NCBI GenBank assembly: GCA_030704615.1
Contig: CM060731.1
Span: forward strand, 59,768,001-59,832,000
DNA length: 64,000 bases
From: Takakia lepidozioides
Lineage: Eukaryota; Plantae; Bryophyta
Direction of reading: 5' to 3'
This document shows, piece after piece, positions 35,209-48,800 of this stretch. A program made the position numbers and the translations under genes. Every line of letters begins with the position of its first letter. Position 1 is the first letter of the stretch. Under the pieces are notes generated by a model, which saw only the letters and a program-made list of their open reading frames with translations, did not search any database and had not been told where the DNA came from.

Positions 35209-35867
35209 GTTAGAAAACAAGGGGTTTTACAATATTACCTAAAGACAAGGTGGAAAAAAATGCAATATACCTTTGTACGCACGTGATATGAAAAAAATGC
35301 ATATAGTGACCCCGTGCTAGATTCTTAACTTCAATATCTACCTATGTCAACCGTCAAATTGTCAATCAAATAAAATGTCCAAGAGGTATGGACTTTTTGT
35401 GAGGGAACCCTTAAACCAGAGTGGCAGTTGGTCATGTGCACGTGATCTGGTCGGGAAGCATAGATCCACGCTAATGCTGGATAATAAACATGTGGCTGGA
35501 CAGTATAAAGAATACGTGGAACTACCTAATGCTGGTTGCTTCACGGTGCGAAATACGCCTTGGCACGCTATTTCAAAACATGCTACTTCTGATTTAACGT
35601 CTGATAAATAACACGGCTTGGTGGAGATGCTCTAAGGGAGCCAATTTAGATAACATTCTAGATTTCATTAATTTAAAATGACAATATTAGCTATCATTTA
35701 CTACCTATGTACGAATATGCGTGTTATATTTATGTGGATTTGTTTTAGTTTAGTACATCTTGTGTTTTGGGCTTTTGAGGTGTCATAGTTTACTGCAAAT
35801 GATACAAAAATATAATTTACAATGACGGACAAATCGATGTAAATTCTAATTTTTGATATATCAAAAT

Positions 35868-36085
35868 TTACTACCTCAGTTGGTTAAGTGCACTGAGTGC
35901 CACCCAGATGATTCTGGGGTCAAATCTTGCTACTTGACGGGTGTGGTATTCTCTTCTCTCCCTTCCCTGGGCGGTGTCCCACTTGTTCGTCTCGACTCTC
36001 CATGGCGCACAAATGAAAGAGGTTATTTTCTCCTCTCACTATTAAGGGGCCTGATTTGTGAGCTGTCGCTCCCAAGTGTTTCTTT
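35868..36085 (+). mobile_element. tRNA-derived SINE-like repeat
   Basis: A-box-like TACCTCAGTTGGTT and B-box-like GGGTCAAATCT. The body matches the reverse complement of 59380-59608. Confidence 0.6.
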
Positions 36086-37315
36086 TTTCTTTATATATAT
36101 ATATGTATATATAATATTAAATAAAGACTACAATTTGTAGTAAAAATTATTTTTGATGTTTGGGATAAGGCCCTTTACTAAAAATGTTAAATATATCATT
36201 GTCTATCATCAGTTGAAATTATTTGGAGAAATATCATCAATTTTAAATTTGGTCATGGACTTCAATGGAAGGCAGCATGTACCTTGCAAATACCTAGGGT
36301 TAGACTTCTTGGATTGTGTGCATGTTTCATCTATTGAACATATGGAGAATTTTGTAGGTGAGGAGATTGGAATATTTTCCATTTGACAGTTTTGAAAGTG
36401 CACCTGATGCCCTAATAATAGAGGCATGATTAACTTTTGTTAGAGTTCCAAATTAAATATTTTTGCTAACTCAAGGTAGGGTGGAGTGAGAGCAATTTTC
36501 ACAAGAGTATTGGGTTTTATGGTGGAATGTTGGAACATTATTTTCACTTGGACACGGAGAGAGTTAGGTTGCTCATCAATTTTCGGTCAGATGTGGGCGC
36601 CACAGTGGCGGTGTATCATATACCATATCGTAATTGTGATATTCCTAGTACTAGAGATGGGAGGTGGGAGGCCATCAGAGCCTATGGATTATGTGGGTAC
36701 TTCATATAGTGGTGCAAAGGTTTTCAAATAACCTTGGCAATTTTGGAAAATTTTTGACTCATTTATATCGGTGTCCATCCCTCCTGTCAATTCACCTAAT
36801 GTTATTGCGTGGGTAGATGGTGTACTTTGTAGCGAGGAACAGCAGCAACAATTTCTAGAGGTCTTCCATGTCAAAGCATGTATGCTACAATTGCCAAAAA
36901 CTTCTTTGATGTGACCACTTTTCCAGCCATCTTAGTTGCGTACTTTCAAACGACGTAAGGGTAAGAATCAGGATCTGTCACTTTTACAAGTGTTAGATGT
37001 TGCTGACTCATGTTGTTATGATGGCAGCGGCAGCCCCGAAGGTCCATTGGAATGGCCATATAGCATAGAAGAAAGTGATGAGGAATGAAATGGTAATTCT
37101 AATTATTTTTGCACAATTGACGAGAGATCTAATTATTGGGATAAAAGGGACTTTCAATGGATCTCATATCTGAAAACTTGTGCCAAAAGTGTGACAACTT
37201 CACAGGACAACCTTGTGGACATATCATAGGGACCCACGATAACCCATCATTAGTTTCTTTGATACTTTTTGGCCTAAATCCACCTTCTGTCGAATTACGA
37301 AAGAAACTAATCGAC

Positions 37316-40300
37316 TGTAGTGCACCTAAGAATCGTGCCACAACATACATCGCTGTCCAACCACATTTCATATCATATAGTCCTAGAAAGCCACGCCACA
37401 ATAGATACGGAAATGGTGAAAAGAGGAGAAACCACTCTATCACGTTATATAAGTCAAGCCAATGGCACCTTTGCTAAAGGACTCCACCATACAGACCTCA
37501 CCCACTCTCCATCTCAAGTACTAGAGCTATGGCGGCGAGAGAGGCTCGGGAGGCTCGACTAGAAGAAGACGAGCCTGCCTACGTCTCACGTGGAGATAAC
37601 CTCTCCACGTCCCAAGTGAGGTTCGTCACCTCACTTGGCACATGGAACCAAATGAAGTCCCAATGCCAACAAAATACAAATATAAATGTATAATGTCATA
37701 ATTAGTTAGAAATAACTATTTCTAATTAATCACAAACAAAACCATGACAGCTGTCGTGCACCTAAGCATCGTGCCACAACATACATCGCTGTCAAACCAC
37801 ACTTCCTAGTATATAGTCCTAGAAAGCCACGCCACAATCGCCCCCCTAGCTGGTGATTAGGTCCCTCTAACACCGGATAGCTTATAAGTATCCACCGATC
37901 CGTGACAAGGCTGAAGAGATTGCCATAGTGGTAGCATCTGAAATGTGCCACTGTCTATACCGCAGCTAGACACTCCCCTTCATAGGAACTATACTTCGCC
38001 TCGGCATCATTGTTCGAGCGGCTAGCATATGCCACTACGAACTATCTTCCCTCATCATCCACCTGTGTGAGCACTGCTCCAATCCCCAGCATACTTCAAT
38101 CCGTATGTAGCTGGAAAAGCCGCCCCCAAATAGGCCGCCTCAGAATAGGTGCAGAAGTCAATTGAGCCTTGAGTTCCTCAAAAGCTTCCTCTTGCTCCTC
38201 CTCCCACTGCCACTCCTGACCCACCTTGGTCAACTTGGTAAGAGCCTTTGCAATGCTGCTAAATCCCTTGACAAACCGTCGATAGTAGTTTGCCAATCCC
38301 ATGAAAGCACAAACTCTGCTCACATCCATGGGGCGTGGAATGCATGCAATGGCCTCCACCTTTGTCTGTTGAACACCCAATCCTCCAAGGTATATCATGT
38401 GGCCCAGATACTCAATCTGAAGTGGAAGAACTTGCACTTTCCGGGGTGCAGTTTCACCCCGTGCGCTCTCAAGCGCTCAAACACCACCTGAAGGTATCTC
38501 TCATGTTCCTCAACCGTAGTACTAAAGATGATGATGTCATCAATGTAGCACCGGGCGAAGTCTAGCCCCGCGAGAATCCTATCCATGACCCTCTACTGTT
38601 GGCACCTCCGTGATGAAAACTCACACTCAAACCGGCTATCAACTTGTCTCTAATCCCCCTTTCCACAAGGTAACCGGATAGAGAACCTGTTGCGGCTTAT
38701 GGTTTGGAATACTAGGTTCCTATTCTGAACCTGCACCTGCACCTGCATCCACCGCAGACACTCCTATGGTCTGCTGGTCATCACCCCAGTCTCACCACCG
38801 ACAGCACGCTTTAGGATTGGCCGGCCACAATACTTCCGGCACAACCACCTATAAAAGCAAGCATCCAAACCAAACTAGCATGGCGCACATTCAAGCATGC
38901 ATGTGTGTGAGGAGGATCCAAACACAAGAAACTCAAACAACAACATCTCCCACACTTAAATCAATCTATCTCCTTGCGGCTGCAATAAACCTGCAAGATG
39001 ACCAAGTCTCTATCCAAACTAGCTCTGCCTCCGCTTATGGAAAGGCTTTGGCCTACAAGAATGATGGAAAACTATAGAGAAGAGAAGCTAAAGCAATCTC
39101 TAAGCCCAGAATGCTCTCATCCCATTACTCCCCCTATCTTCACACTCACTCTTGCTTGAGCAATAAACAAGACTATCCTTAAAGAACCTCTCAAACAACT
39201 CTCAAGAGCCCTCAAATTATTGCCATGAACTTCTGAAATCTGCCCTCAATCAGCTCCTCACATAGACCCACCGAGGTTCAAGAAGTTCGCAAACTTGGAA
39301 CTTCAAACAGTCCACCAAAAGGCCCTAGGCGCCCGCCAATTAGTGGCCTCGAAGGTCTCCAACCAGCCCTCACAATGGCTCCACAAGCCTGCCCAATATG
39401 GCCTCCAAGGACCTCCAAGAGTCCTCCAAACAGCCATTAAGAAGCTCCACAAATCTGCCAAGTATTGGCCTCCAAGGACCTCCAACAGCCCTCCAACAGC
39501 CCTGAAGAAGCTCCTCAAATCTGCCAAGTATTGGCCTCCAAGGACCTCCAACAGTCCTCCAACAGTCCTCCAACAGTCCTCCAACAGCCCTTAAGAAGCT
39601 CCACAAATCTGCCAAGTATTGGCCTCCAAGGACCTCCAACAGTCCTCCAACAGCCTTTAAGAAGCTCCTCAAATCTGCCAAGTATTGGCCTCCAAGGACC
39701 TCCAATAGTCCCCCAAAGCAGGCCCCAATACCTGCTAGATATTGGCCTCAATAGGCCCCAAATAGTCCTTAAAGCAGGCCCCAATACCTGCAAGATATTG
39801 GCCTCAATAGACCCCAAATAGTCCTCAAACAGGCCCCCAATACATGTTAGATATTGGCCTCAATCGACCCCAAATAGTCCTCAAAGAAGCCCCCACAAGG
39901 CCCCAAGAATATCCACAGTCAGTCGATTTTTCATCCGTCACTGACTAAATTTCATCCAAAACCGTGATTTCTCATCCGCAAGTCCGATATTTCATCAACC
40001 TCGATAGTTCATCCGTCGGTGCGATATTTCATCCGCTGGCGCAGTTTCATCCGTCACCGCGATTTTTCATCCGATGGCACGATAGTTCATTGGCTGCCAC
40101 GATTTCATCCGCTGACATAGTTTCATCCGTTGCCGTAATTTTTCATCCAATAGCACGATAGTTCATCCGCTGGCGCAGTTTCATCCATCACCACAATTTT
40201 TCATCCAATAGCGCGATAGTTCATCAGCGGACAAGATTTCATCCGCTGGTGCAGTTTCATCCACTGTAACCAATTCTCATCCAGGAATGCCGATTTTCAT

Positions 40301-41543
40301 CCACTAGCTCAATAGTTCATCCAATGGGACAATGGTGGTGCTCCCAACTCTAGGGCAATGTTCCCACGCGTTCCCATGAGTTCCCACGAGTTCCCAAGGA
40401 GTTCCCAAGCGTTCTCACGCATTCCCAAGGAGTTCACACGTGTTCCCAAGCGTTTCCACGCGTTCCCAAGCTAGGGTTTGCGCTGCTTTGCCCCTGCGAT
40501 TGCTGCAACGAGCTATGGCAACCAGAGGTGTTGTTCTTGATTTCTTAAGCATCAATAGACCACCAAGAGTGCCTCTAACTCCTTGAGCAAGCTATTTGTC
40601 ACACAACAAACTCTCTTTCTCTATGGAACTTACTGAAACAAACATAGAACAAGCTATTGAACTTTCTATGGCATACCCTCTTCTAGCCATTGCATGCACT
40701 TATAGTGCTTCTTTCCATGGCCATAGTGCACCTCTTAGAGCTCATAATCCAGCCATGCACTTGCCACTTCCATAAGCTTGGGATTGAAACCCCAACTCAA
40801 GTATGCTCTACAAAATACACTATTCTGCCCCAAAGAGAAATCATATGTCTACCTCCACTCATAGCTCTCCTAAGCTTCAAGTTGAAGACTCCCACGAGCT
40901 AAAACCATGCTCCACACATGCACCGCTTGCTCCCTTAACACCCGAGCTCTTCTTGAACTCCTCAAACCCTGCAACACTTGCAGAACAAGAGCTTCTTCAT
41001 AAGCTCTCAAACTCTTCAAGGGGCTCTCCTTGAAGACTTTATCTTGTATATAAAGACCACAAGGCTTTTCTCTTCCAAACCCTGCAACACCTTGTAACTT
41101 AAGAGCTATATATCAAGCTCTCCTCCACACAAATACTAACTATGCTAACTATGCGAACACTTTGCACTCATAGATGTAAGCAGGTCGTCTTCTAGTGATA
41201 CGGAAATGGTTAAAAGAGGAGAAACCACTCTATCACGTTATATAAGTCAAGCCAATGGCACCTTTGCTAAAGGACTCCACCATACAGACCTCACCCACTC
41301 TCCATCTCAAGTACTAGAGCTATGGCGGCGAGAGAGGCCTCGGGAGGCTCGACTAGAAGAAGACGAGCCTGCCTACGTTTCACGTGGAGATAACCTCTCC
41401 ACGTCCCAAGTGAGGTTCGCCACCTCACTTGGCACATGGAACCAAATGAAGTCCCAATGCCAACAAAATATAAATATAAATGTATAATGTCCTAATTAGT
41501 TAGAAATATCTATTTGTAACTAATCACAAACAAAACCATGACA
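37316..41543 (-). mobile_element. Internally deleted Gypsy relative of the 7815-19230 element with the same split-repeat ends
   Basis: A1 41196-41543, B1 37752-37836, GC 37750-37751, A2 ~37402-37749 and B2 37316-37400. TSD CGAC at 37312-37315 and 41544-41547. PPT complement CCCCCCT at 37841-37847. The RT/RH fragment at 37900-38593 is close to 15970-16660. Confidence 0.92.
39380..40470. repeat. Three adjacent tandem arrays in the element's leader region
   Basis: 39380-39900 (TATTGGCCTCCAAGGACCTCCAACAG units), 39925-40325 (TTTCATCC about every 20 bp) and 40361-40470 (GTTCCCAAG/GTTCCCACG). Confidence 0.9.
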
Positions 41544-42467
41544 CGACGATCATTATGCAAAAAGAGTGGTGAAATCCGCATAGCCAAGCAACTAAATGAC
41601 GTAGGGATTAGTTTCCTCTTTGTATCCCTGAATTTCAGGCATATTTGGATATTTGTATTTACATGGGTATAAAAATAGAGCCCAACATCAGATGCATTGG
41701 AAGTCCTTGTGCCGCTTACTTGGCTGTCCGGTAATTAAAGAGATCGTGACAAGAGATTACCTTGAGGCAAATTTTACTTGTTGTCTACATTGGTCAACAA
41801 TGATAGTATTGTGAAAGACATGGCAGATCCACATTTTAACAAACTTGTGAAAGTTAGGTGGGTGCTAGAAGCATTTGCTAAGATTTGTGAGCATAATTTC
41901 AATATTTATCAGAATTATTTTTTACTTTACTTTACTTCTTTCAATATCCATCAGTTTGTGACCTTCGATGAAATGATAGTACAGTGGTCAGGGAGCAGGT
42001 GTGGAATTAAAATGTATATGACTGATAAGCCAGTGAAACACGAGATCAAGATCTCGGCTCTTGTATGTTCAGTCTTGCAATATGTATACAATGTTGAAGT
42101 ATATTTAAGAAAAGACAATCAAATGGACTTGGGACATGATTATAGGCATGTCGTGGTGATGTCAATGGTAAAATGATTAGAGAAACAAGGCCATGTGGTA
42201 TGCATGGATAATTTTTTCACATCTGTCCAGTTATTCCATGACCTACTTGGGAAATGGATCAAAATTTACTGCACCGTTCGTCCTGCACGCAATGGCTATC
42301 CAACCTCCCTAGCTGGACCTGCCAACAAGAGTGCCAAAGGTTCCATTCACTTTATCTACATCGTAGTAGACCAATTTGTGCAGTATGTTGGACTCACAAC
42401 AAAGAAGCAATTTTGCTGTCAACTGCAACAAATCCTACATCAAACGATTAATATTATGTTGATAGGT

Positions 42468-43054
42468 CCTAGTTATCAGTGTCATTGATGCCATGTCACG
42501 TTAGTCCTAACGCTAACGCGACCTACGTCATGTCAGTTTTTAGATATATAAATATAATTTTAAGGGAGTGAAAAATATGGCACGTAAGTGTACACGTCCC
42601 CCGTAAAATTACTTGCAAATATTTTATTTTTATTTTTATTAAAAAAACAATTGACGACCTTTTCGTGATCGCCCAATCGCCCAACTGTCGCCATCGCCGA
42701 ACTGTCGACCGAAAGTATAAAATAAAATAAAATAAAACGTAAAGTCACGTTGTCGCCGTTGAGCGGTCATTTGAATCCAACGGGAGGGAGGAAAAAAAAA
42801 AAAAAAAAAAAACTGCATAGCCACTGTTGCCCGTCGCTCAACTATTTGGACTGGCGTCGCCGTCGTCTAGCGGCCGTCTGAACAAATAAATATAAAAATA
42901 AAATAAAGAGCATAAAAAATATAAAAGAATCTCCGCAAAGCCACGATAATCCGGTCGTTGCATTCGTCCAACGGTCGAAACCAAAAACAAAAACAAAAAA
43001 AGGAGTAAAAAACCACATAGCCACCATCGTCCATCGCCCAACGGTCGCATAAGA

Positions 43055-43090
<36 letters not shown>

Positions 43091-45295
43091 TAGAATCTAA
43101 ACTTCACTTCGATATTTTCCCTTCTCTCTTTCCTTTATCGTCTTGGATAAAGTCCTAGATTATTGGTGTGATGAATTTGAGGGATTTTTCCCCTAGACCA
43201 GTCAAGTAATAATTCAACTTTGATGCATCCTTAGGGATGCGAAGGATAAACGGACTTGGTGCTTTGGATTTTTTGCTTCAAATGCCGACTCTCTCCTTTA
43301 TCGGGAAAGGAGATGACTTACCCGCATCGGGAGGGCCTCGTTTACCCGTTGAAGCAACGGTTCCCTTCGACAATGCCCTCCGAGGTAACTGTTAAGCTTG
43401 AGTGAGACCAGCCCGAGGACAAACTTTGAAGATGAGATGTGCACCTGAAGAGTGGGAACTTCATGGTAGCACATTCTGTTGAGCTTGACAATGGGTGGAA
43501 CTTGAAAACGGGGAGGATGTTTGACACTAAGATGCGAAATAGAGCCTGAGGGGAGTAGGGGCGAGGAGTCAATCCGAGCCTCGGTTGCTTGACTGGAGCC
43601 ACCGCCGCGTCTTACTCAACCAAAGGATTCCCTAAGTTTTCTCCCAAAATATCGATTTTCTTATTGACTTGTCATTAGAACGGCCGAACGTGACATTAGG
43701 CTGGGGGGAGTACCTTGTGAGCTTCGGAATGTCAAACGAGGCTGTTGTTTCAGGGACAAGTTAATTGTTAATTCTTTACCTTTGTGACCCCTCGTTTATT
43801 TTGCTTTCGTTCTTTGGTTGATCATCGACACGCTATTGGGTTCTCTTCTTTCTCTCCTACCCTTCATTCATTTAACTTCATCCCATCCCCGCTTATAAAA
43901 ACAGAGGGATGAAGTCAAATGAATGAATAGGAAGGAAAGAAAAAAAGTAAAAAAAAATAGTTGGAATTGAAGGAAGGAGGAGGGAGGGAGGAGAGCTTGA
44001 TCCTACGCGATTGGGAGTTAGTGAGAATCACTTTGTGATGAACTCGCAGCTATCCATCGTGGGTCCGTTTTGCGCCCCCTAGTTCTCTTGTCTGTGTTGA
44101 TGATTGGTCAATTTTTTTTTTTGACCATCCAGCAGGTAAGTGGAATCCCGGATGGATGGAAATCTGGCGCCGAATTTCCATCCAGCAGGTAAGTTGCCAT
44201 GAAGCCTTTAGGTTTCCCTCTCATCTTTTTTAATCATTAGGCCACGATCCAGATCCTGTTTAATGGAAAAGCGGAAATTTGGCTAAGTCCTAAAGGCAGG
44301 GTTTGAGGACATAAATCTGGCTGGGCGCAAAGGCAATGTGCGGCATGGACGCCGCGGGGTCCCACCCGCAGGCCGGGGCTCGATTCACCGCTGGCCAGTA
44401 GGCTCGCGCCAGCGCGGCGGCGTGCCAAGTCCCGAGGGCATGCTCGAGGACAGATAAATATAGAAACAAAAACAAACGGTCGCCGGAACCAAAATTAAAA
44501 ACAAAAACAAAAACAAAAAAACCGCATAGGCATCGTCGTCCGTCGCCCTGCGATCGCCCAACTTTCACATAGCGGCAAGCCAAACCAAAAATAAAATAAA
44601 AAATAAAATAACCACATAGCCACTGTCGTCGGATGGTCGCCCAACTGTTCATCGGCCGTTGCCATCCCCCAACAGCCATCAAACCTTAAAATTTAAATAA
44701 ACAAGAAAGTAAACTTCATAGCCACCGTCATCCGACCCTCGCCGTCGCCCAACGGTCACCCGAACTAAATAAAAAAACAAAAAATTAAAATAAATAAGAC
44801 TACGTAGCCACCAACACCTATTGTCGGACATTTGTCATACTGTCCCCAAACTGTTGTCTGGCCGTCGTAGTTGCCCAGTGGTCGTCCAACCAAAATAAAA
44901 TAAAATAAAATAAAAAATAAAAACCACAAAGCCACCATCGGCCAGTTGTCCTATAGTCGCACGACTGTTGTCGTGGCCCAACATTTATCTAAACTCCAAA
45001 AATTCCGAGTAGCCACTGTTGTCCGTTGCCCTGCAGTCGTCCGTCGTCCGACCACTCGTTTAATTTTATTTATTTTAAAATACACACACACAACACACAC
45101 ACAAAAAACAATGTGTGTCTTACACGTAGGCCATCACCTCCACAATGACATAAATTGGGTCGCATGAACGTAAAAAAATAAAAAAAACTTACTTAACGTA
45201 AAGTCGGTTTTGGACGTGACGTGACACACATGACATGTGATGTTTGATGTAACGCTCACGTCTTTGTGTCAGTCATGTCATAATTGATAACTGGG
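42468..45295. mobile_element. Non-autonomous TIR element with 8-bp TSD (hAT/P/Merlin-type, superfamily unresolved)
   Basis: Ends CCTAGTTATCA / TGATAACTGGG. TSD TGATAGGT (42460-42467) versus TGAGAGGT (45296-45303). Removing it restores the piggyBac frame YVDRWVDR. Internal A-rich/CCGTCG tandem units. Confidence 0.7.
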
Positions 45296-45654
45296 TGAGA
45301 GGTGGGTTGACCGAGCACTTTGGTTGGTTCCTAGTTCCATTGTGCACTCTATATATCAAACATTCATGCAATGAATGGATGTGACAGATCAATTGAGATG
45401 TGCAGTCAGGCTCTCATAAGTGGTGACACCGTTGTTTTTTATGGTACCTGTACACTTTCTTTGTCACTTCTTACATTTTGCACAAATTTCATTGCACGGG
45501 AGTGGTTGGAAGCCAATGAATCACCTGTAATTCAATTTGGCTATGACATATGCTTTTACACGGGGTTGGCGGTCGCAATGAACTCATGCCCCTCGCTCTT
45601 TGCATGTTGTCCAAGGATCATAATGGCACAAGGATCATAATGTCGGGTTCTAAG

Positions 45655-45835
45655 TTCACGGGTTGTCTTTTGATTCGGTTGTTGCCTCTGCTCACGGATC
45701 GTTCATAGGTTGTCATTTGATTTGACTATTTCCTCTGCTCACAGACCGTTTTGATTCGGCGTTTTTCTCTGCTCACGGATCGTTCACGGAAACTTGTCTT
45801 TTCATTCGGCCATTTCCTCTGTTCACGGATAGAAT
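45655..45835. repeat. ~40-50-bp tandem repeat (TTTTGATTCGG...CTCTGCTCACGGA), about 4 copies
   Basis: Seen directly in the sequence. Confidence 0.8.
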
Positions 45836-48800
45836 TTGGAAACCTTGGCAGCATGATGTGAATGGTAGGCTGGCTTCATGTAGCATGTCGAGATTTTCAT
45901 TCGGGCATAATGTTTTGTGATTCAGCTTATTCTTTGCTAAAGGACAAATTTTTTATTAGGAACCATTGCAACATGATATGAATGATAGACCTTCATGGAA
46001 CACCAGATTATCATTCGGGCAGATGTAAGGGGTTCATGAGTTGTCTTTGATGCGGTTGTTTTTCTGCTGGGAGGGAGAACCCTTTCTGCTGCAAGAAAGG
46101 AAGGAGAGACAGAAGGAGCGAGAACCGGCAAACGGCAGGAATGGCGGGATCAAGCAACATGTACATAATGACTTCATTCCTTCCCTAATAACCCATGAAT
46201 TAACTGAATGTACGAGACAATTTTGAAATTTTCTACTTTCAATTAAAGTTATGAAAATGGCAACACGATATGTGTGTGTGGAATACAAACGTCGCCTCCA
46301 ACAGGCTTGACCGGTGTGTATAACACATATGTGTCTCATTCATCCATGCTAAAAGATTTTACACATATATGTCACATTCATCCATGCTGAAGAATATGAA
46401 CCGTCTAAAGTTGATAGTAACAAACACTATGGCATTATTTCTATTTTTCCTAATAACATACATTATTCTATTTTCTTATTTTATTTCATATTTTTTATAT
46501 TTTCATTATATCGCATAGAGGTACTCAGACTACTCTTCATCTACATGAAATGTACCTGATAGTGAAGCAAGTCCATTGTTTTACTTTGTTTTCATGCATT
46601 CATGTATTTTGGCAAAAATCAGTTTTTCGAGGCTCACAATAATATATAAAAGTAATAAATTTCATTTTTTAATATTTTCTATAGGACTGTAGTATCTTTA
46701 AGAGTAGAGCAATACTAGTATGAGTCCCAACTATCATATTTATTTTCTATAGTGAGTGCAAAAAGTCCATAACACATTTTTTATGGACTATGACACTGTA
46801 GTATACAACTTTCTAAAGTCCAATACTTCGATAAATCAATTTCATTTCTTGGTGAGAATTTAAAGATTGGAGCTTGTAGTAGTTGGAAGCATAAGAGTGA
46901 GTCCCATTTCATCATTGTAATAAAAATTTGTCTCTAAGGTACAATTGAATCAAACTATGTCATGTAAAACACGTGCTATGATAGAAAAATGTAGTCATCA
47001 TAGCCTGCTTTCATCCCGAAGGCCTATCAAAGTAATTAATTCTAACATTTTATACCAATGTGAAGCAACAGTTTGAACAGATATGTTGTTCTTTACTTAG
47101 TCTTGTTTGTAGGACATGTGTTGTGCTTCTTAAGATGTGCCTATGTTGTCAACTCAAACTAGATCCCCCAAATAGAAAAACAATAGGAATAGTTTAAGAA
47201 CTTACGGCCGCTTTACACTAGGCCCAAAGCCCAAGACTGAGTGAGAATGGAACGTTTCCATTGGCGGAGGCCTAAAAATTGGGTCCAACGGCTTTACACT
47301 ATGGCCCGAGCACAAGAAAATAGAATCAGGTCATTTGACTACATGTCACCTACATAGCACAAGCGGCACAAGTTTTGGCGCCAACTTCTTGGGCCAGCCT
47401 AAGAAAAATGAACCCTCTTGGAGTGGAGACTCAACTCTCCATTCTCTGGCCCAAAAAGTTTGGTATTAAAATATAATATTTTTATTTGATCATGACCGTT
47501 GGATGAACTCACCATAACAACGCGGGAAGACAACCTCTAAAATTTGCGTTTCTTCATTATACGCCGGTGGCCAAAAAAAATAAAAATTGATGGAGATGGA
47601 GATGATGATGCTAAGAAAAATTGGATAGATGCAAAGGGGCAGTAGCCGCAAGGCAAAGTAGCTCTTAGTTACGCCGGCTTCGGCTGGAGTCTTCTTCTTC
47701 TGGACAGATGCAGATGTGGAGGTGTTGATTGCACTTCATGGTGAAATGGAACCTGAATTTTGCAAGAATGACAAAAGTAAGGTTAGACTATATATTCGTT
47801 TGGCAGGCTTATAAATGACACACAAAATCCCAAACCCTATTTCATTAGTCAATTTTTAGTATCGATAACTTAACAGACCATATTCAACCAAGTCCTCTAG
47901 GGATACCAGAAGTATTATGTACTATATTATGACACTCTACCAGCAAAGACAATCAGTCTAAGGTCAATCAGTCATTGCAATGACAATCATTGCATAACTG
48001 GTCTTAAGCTTAACGTAAAGAATTTCTCGAGCTTCTCTCAAGCATTCGTTTTCCTCCCCAAACCATAGACACATTTGATTATTGTAATCGTAGTACTTAC
48101 AATTGTACACTACATTTAATATAAGGGGCAGCCTATACTTACCAAGTACCTAAGCATATTAATTTGTACAACATGATGTGTATAATGGGGACAACCATTC
48201 TTCCAATACAACACATCAGTAATTGTGTTATATCTACTTTATTCTAGCATGTAGTTGTACTCTTTATCAAATATATCGGTATAACTAGTATAATGATAGA
48301 GCAGTCTTGTTTGGTGTAGTTCTAGCATATTGATAAATGTAAGCCAAGGCCCATCAGTTGTAAGCTCCGTTATGGGGATGTCAAAAAAGACCATAGGGGC
48401 TCCCCTCATTGGGTGTAGAATTAATAAGGTATAAAATGGGTACATAATAGTAAGATAGGGGGTTGCCCTAGCTTGTTGGGTGTAGGTTTAGCACGTAATG
48501 TCTAATTACAATGAGGTGTAGTGAGTACTATCAATTCATCATATTGGGGCTGTCATAAGGACCATAGGGCCTGCCCTCGTTATGTGTGTAATTCTAGCAT
48601 ATGGCTTGTAATTCAAATTGGATGCACTCAATATTATATATTAACCTTGCTACTTATCTAGTGTAAAATTAATGAGGTACACAAAGGTTTATATTGGGGC
48701 TGTCCTTGTTGGGTGTAGTCCTAGTACGCATCGAATAATTATTTGTACCATTCGTCCTATATTTTCTAGCCTTTAATTGAATTCTTTATCAAATATATCA

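Larger units (their letters stand above)
37130..46360 (+). pseudogene. piggyBac transposase relic split by two later insertions
   Basis: FFDTFWPKSTFCRITKETNR, then the Gypsy insertion. Then KLVKVRWVLE, FDEMIVQWSG, MYMTDKPVKHEIK, VCMDNFFTSVQL and YVDR, then the TIR-element insertion. Then WVDR...IYQTFMQ*MDVTDQLR and a Cys-rich tail near 46265-46360. Confidence 0.8.

Noticed and set aside
35610-35640. GGAGATGCTCTAA, resembling a Tourist/Harbinger MITE end
   Set aside because: No matching left TIR was found.
39295-39821. Overlapping repetitive ORFs on both strands
   Set aside because: These are by-products of a stop-poor tandem repeat.
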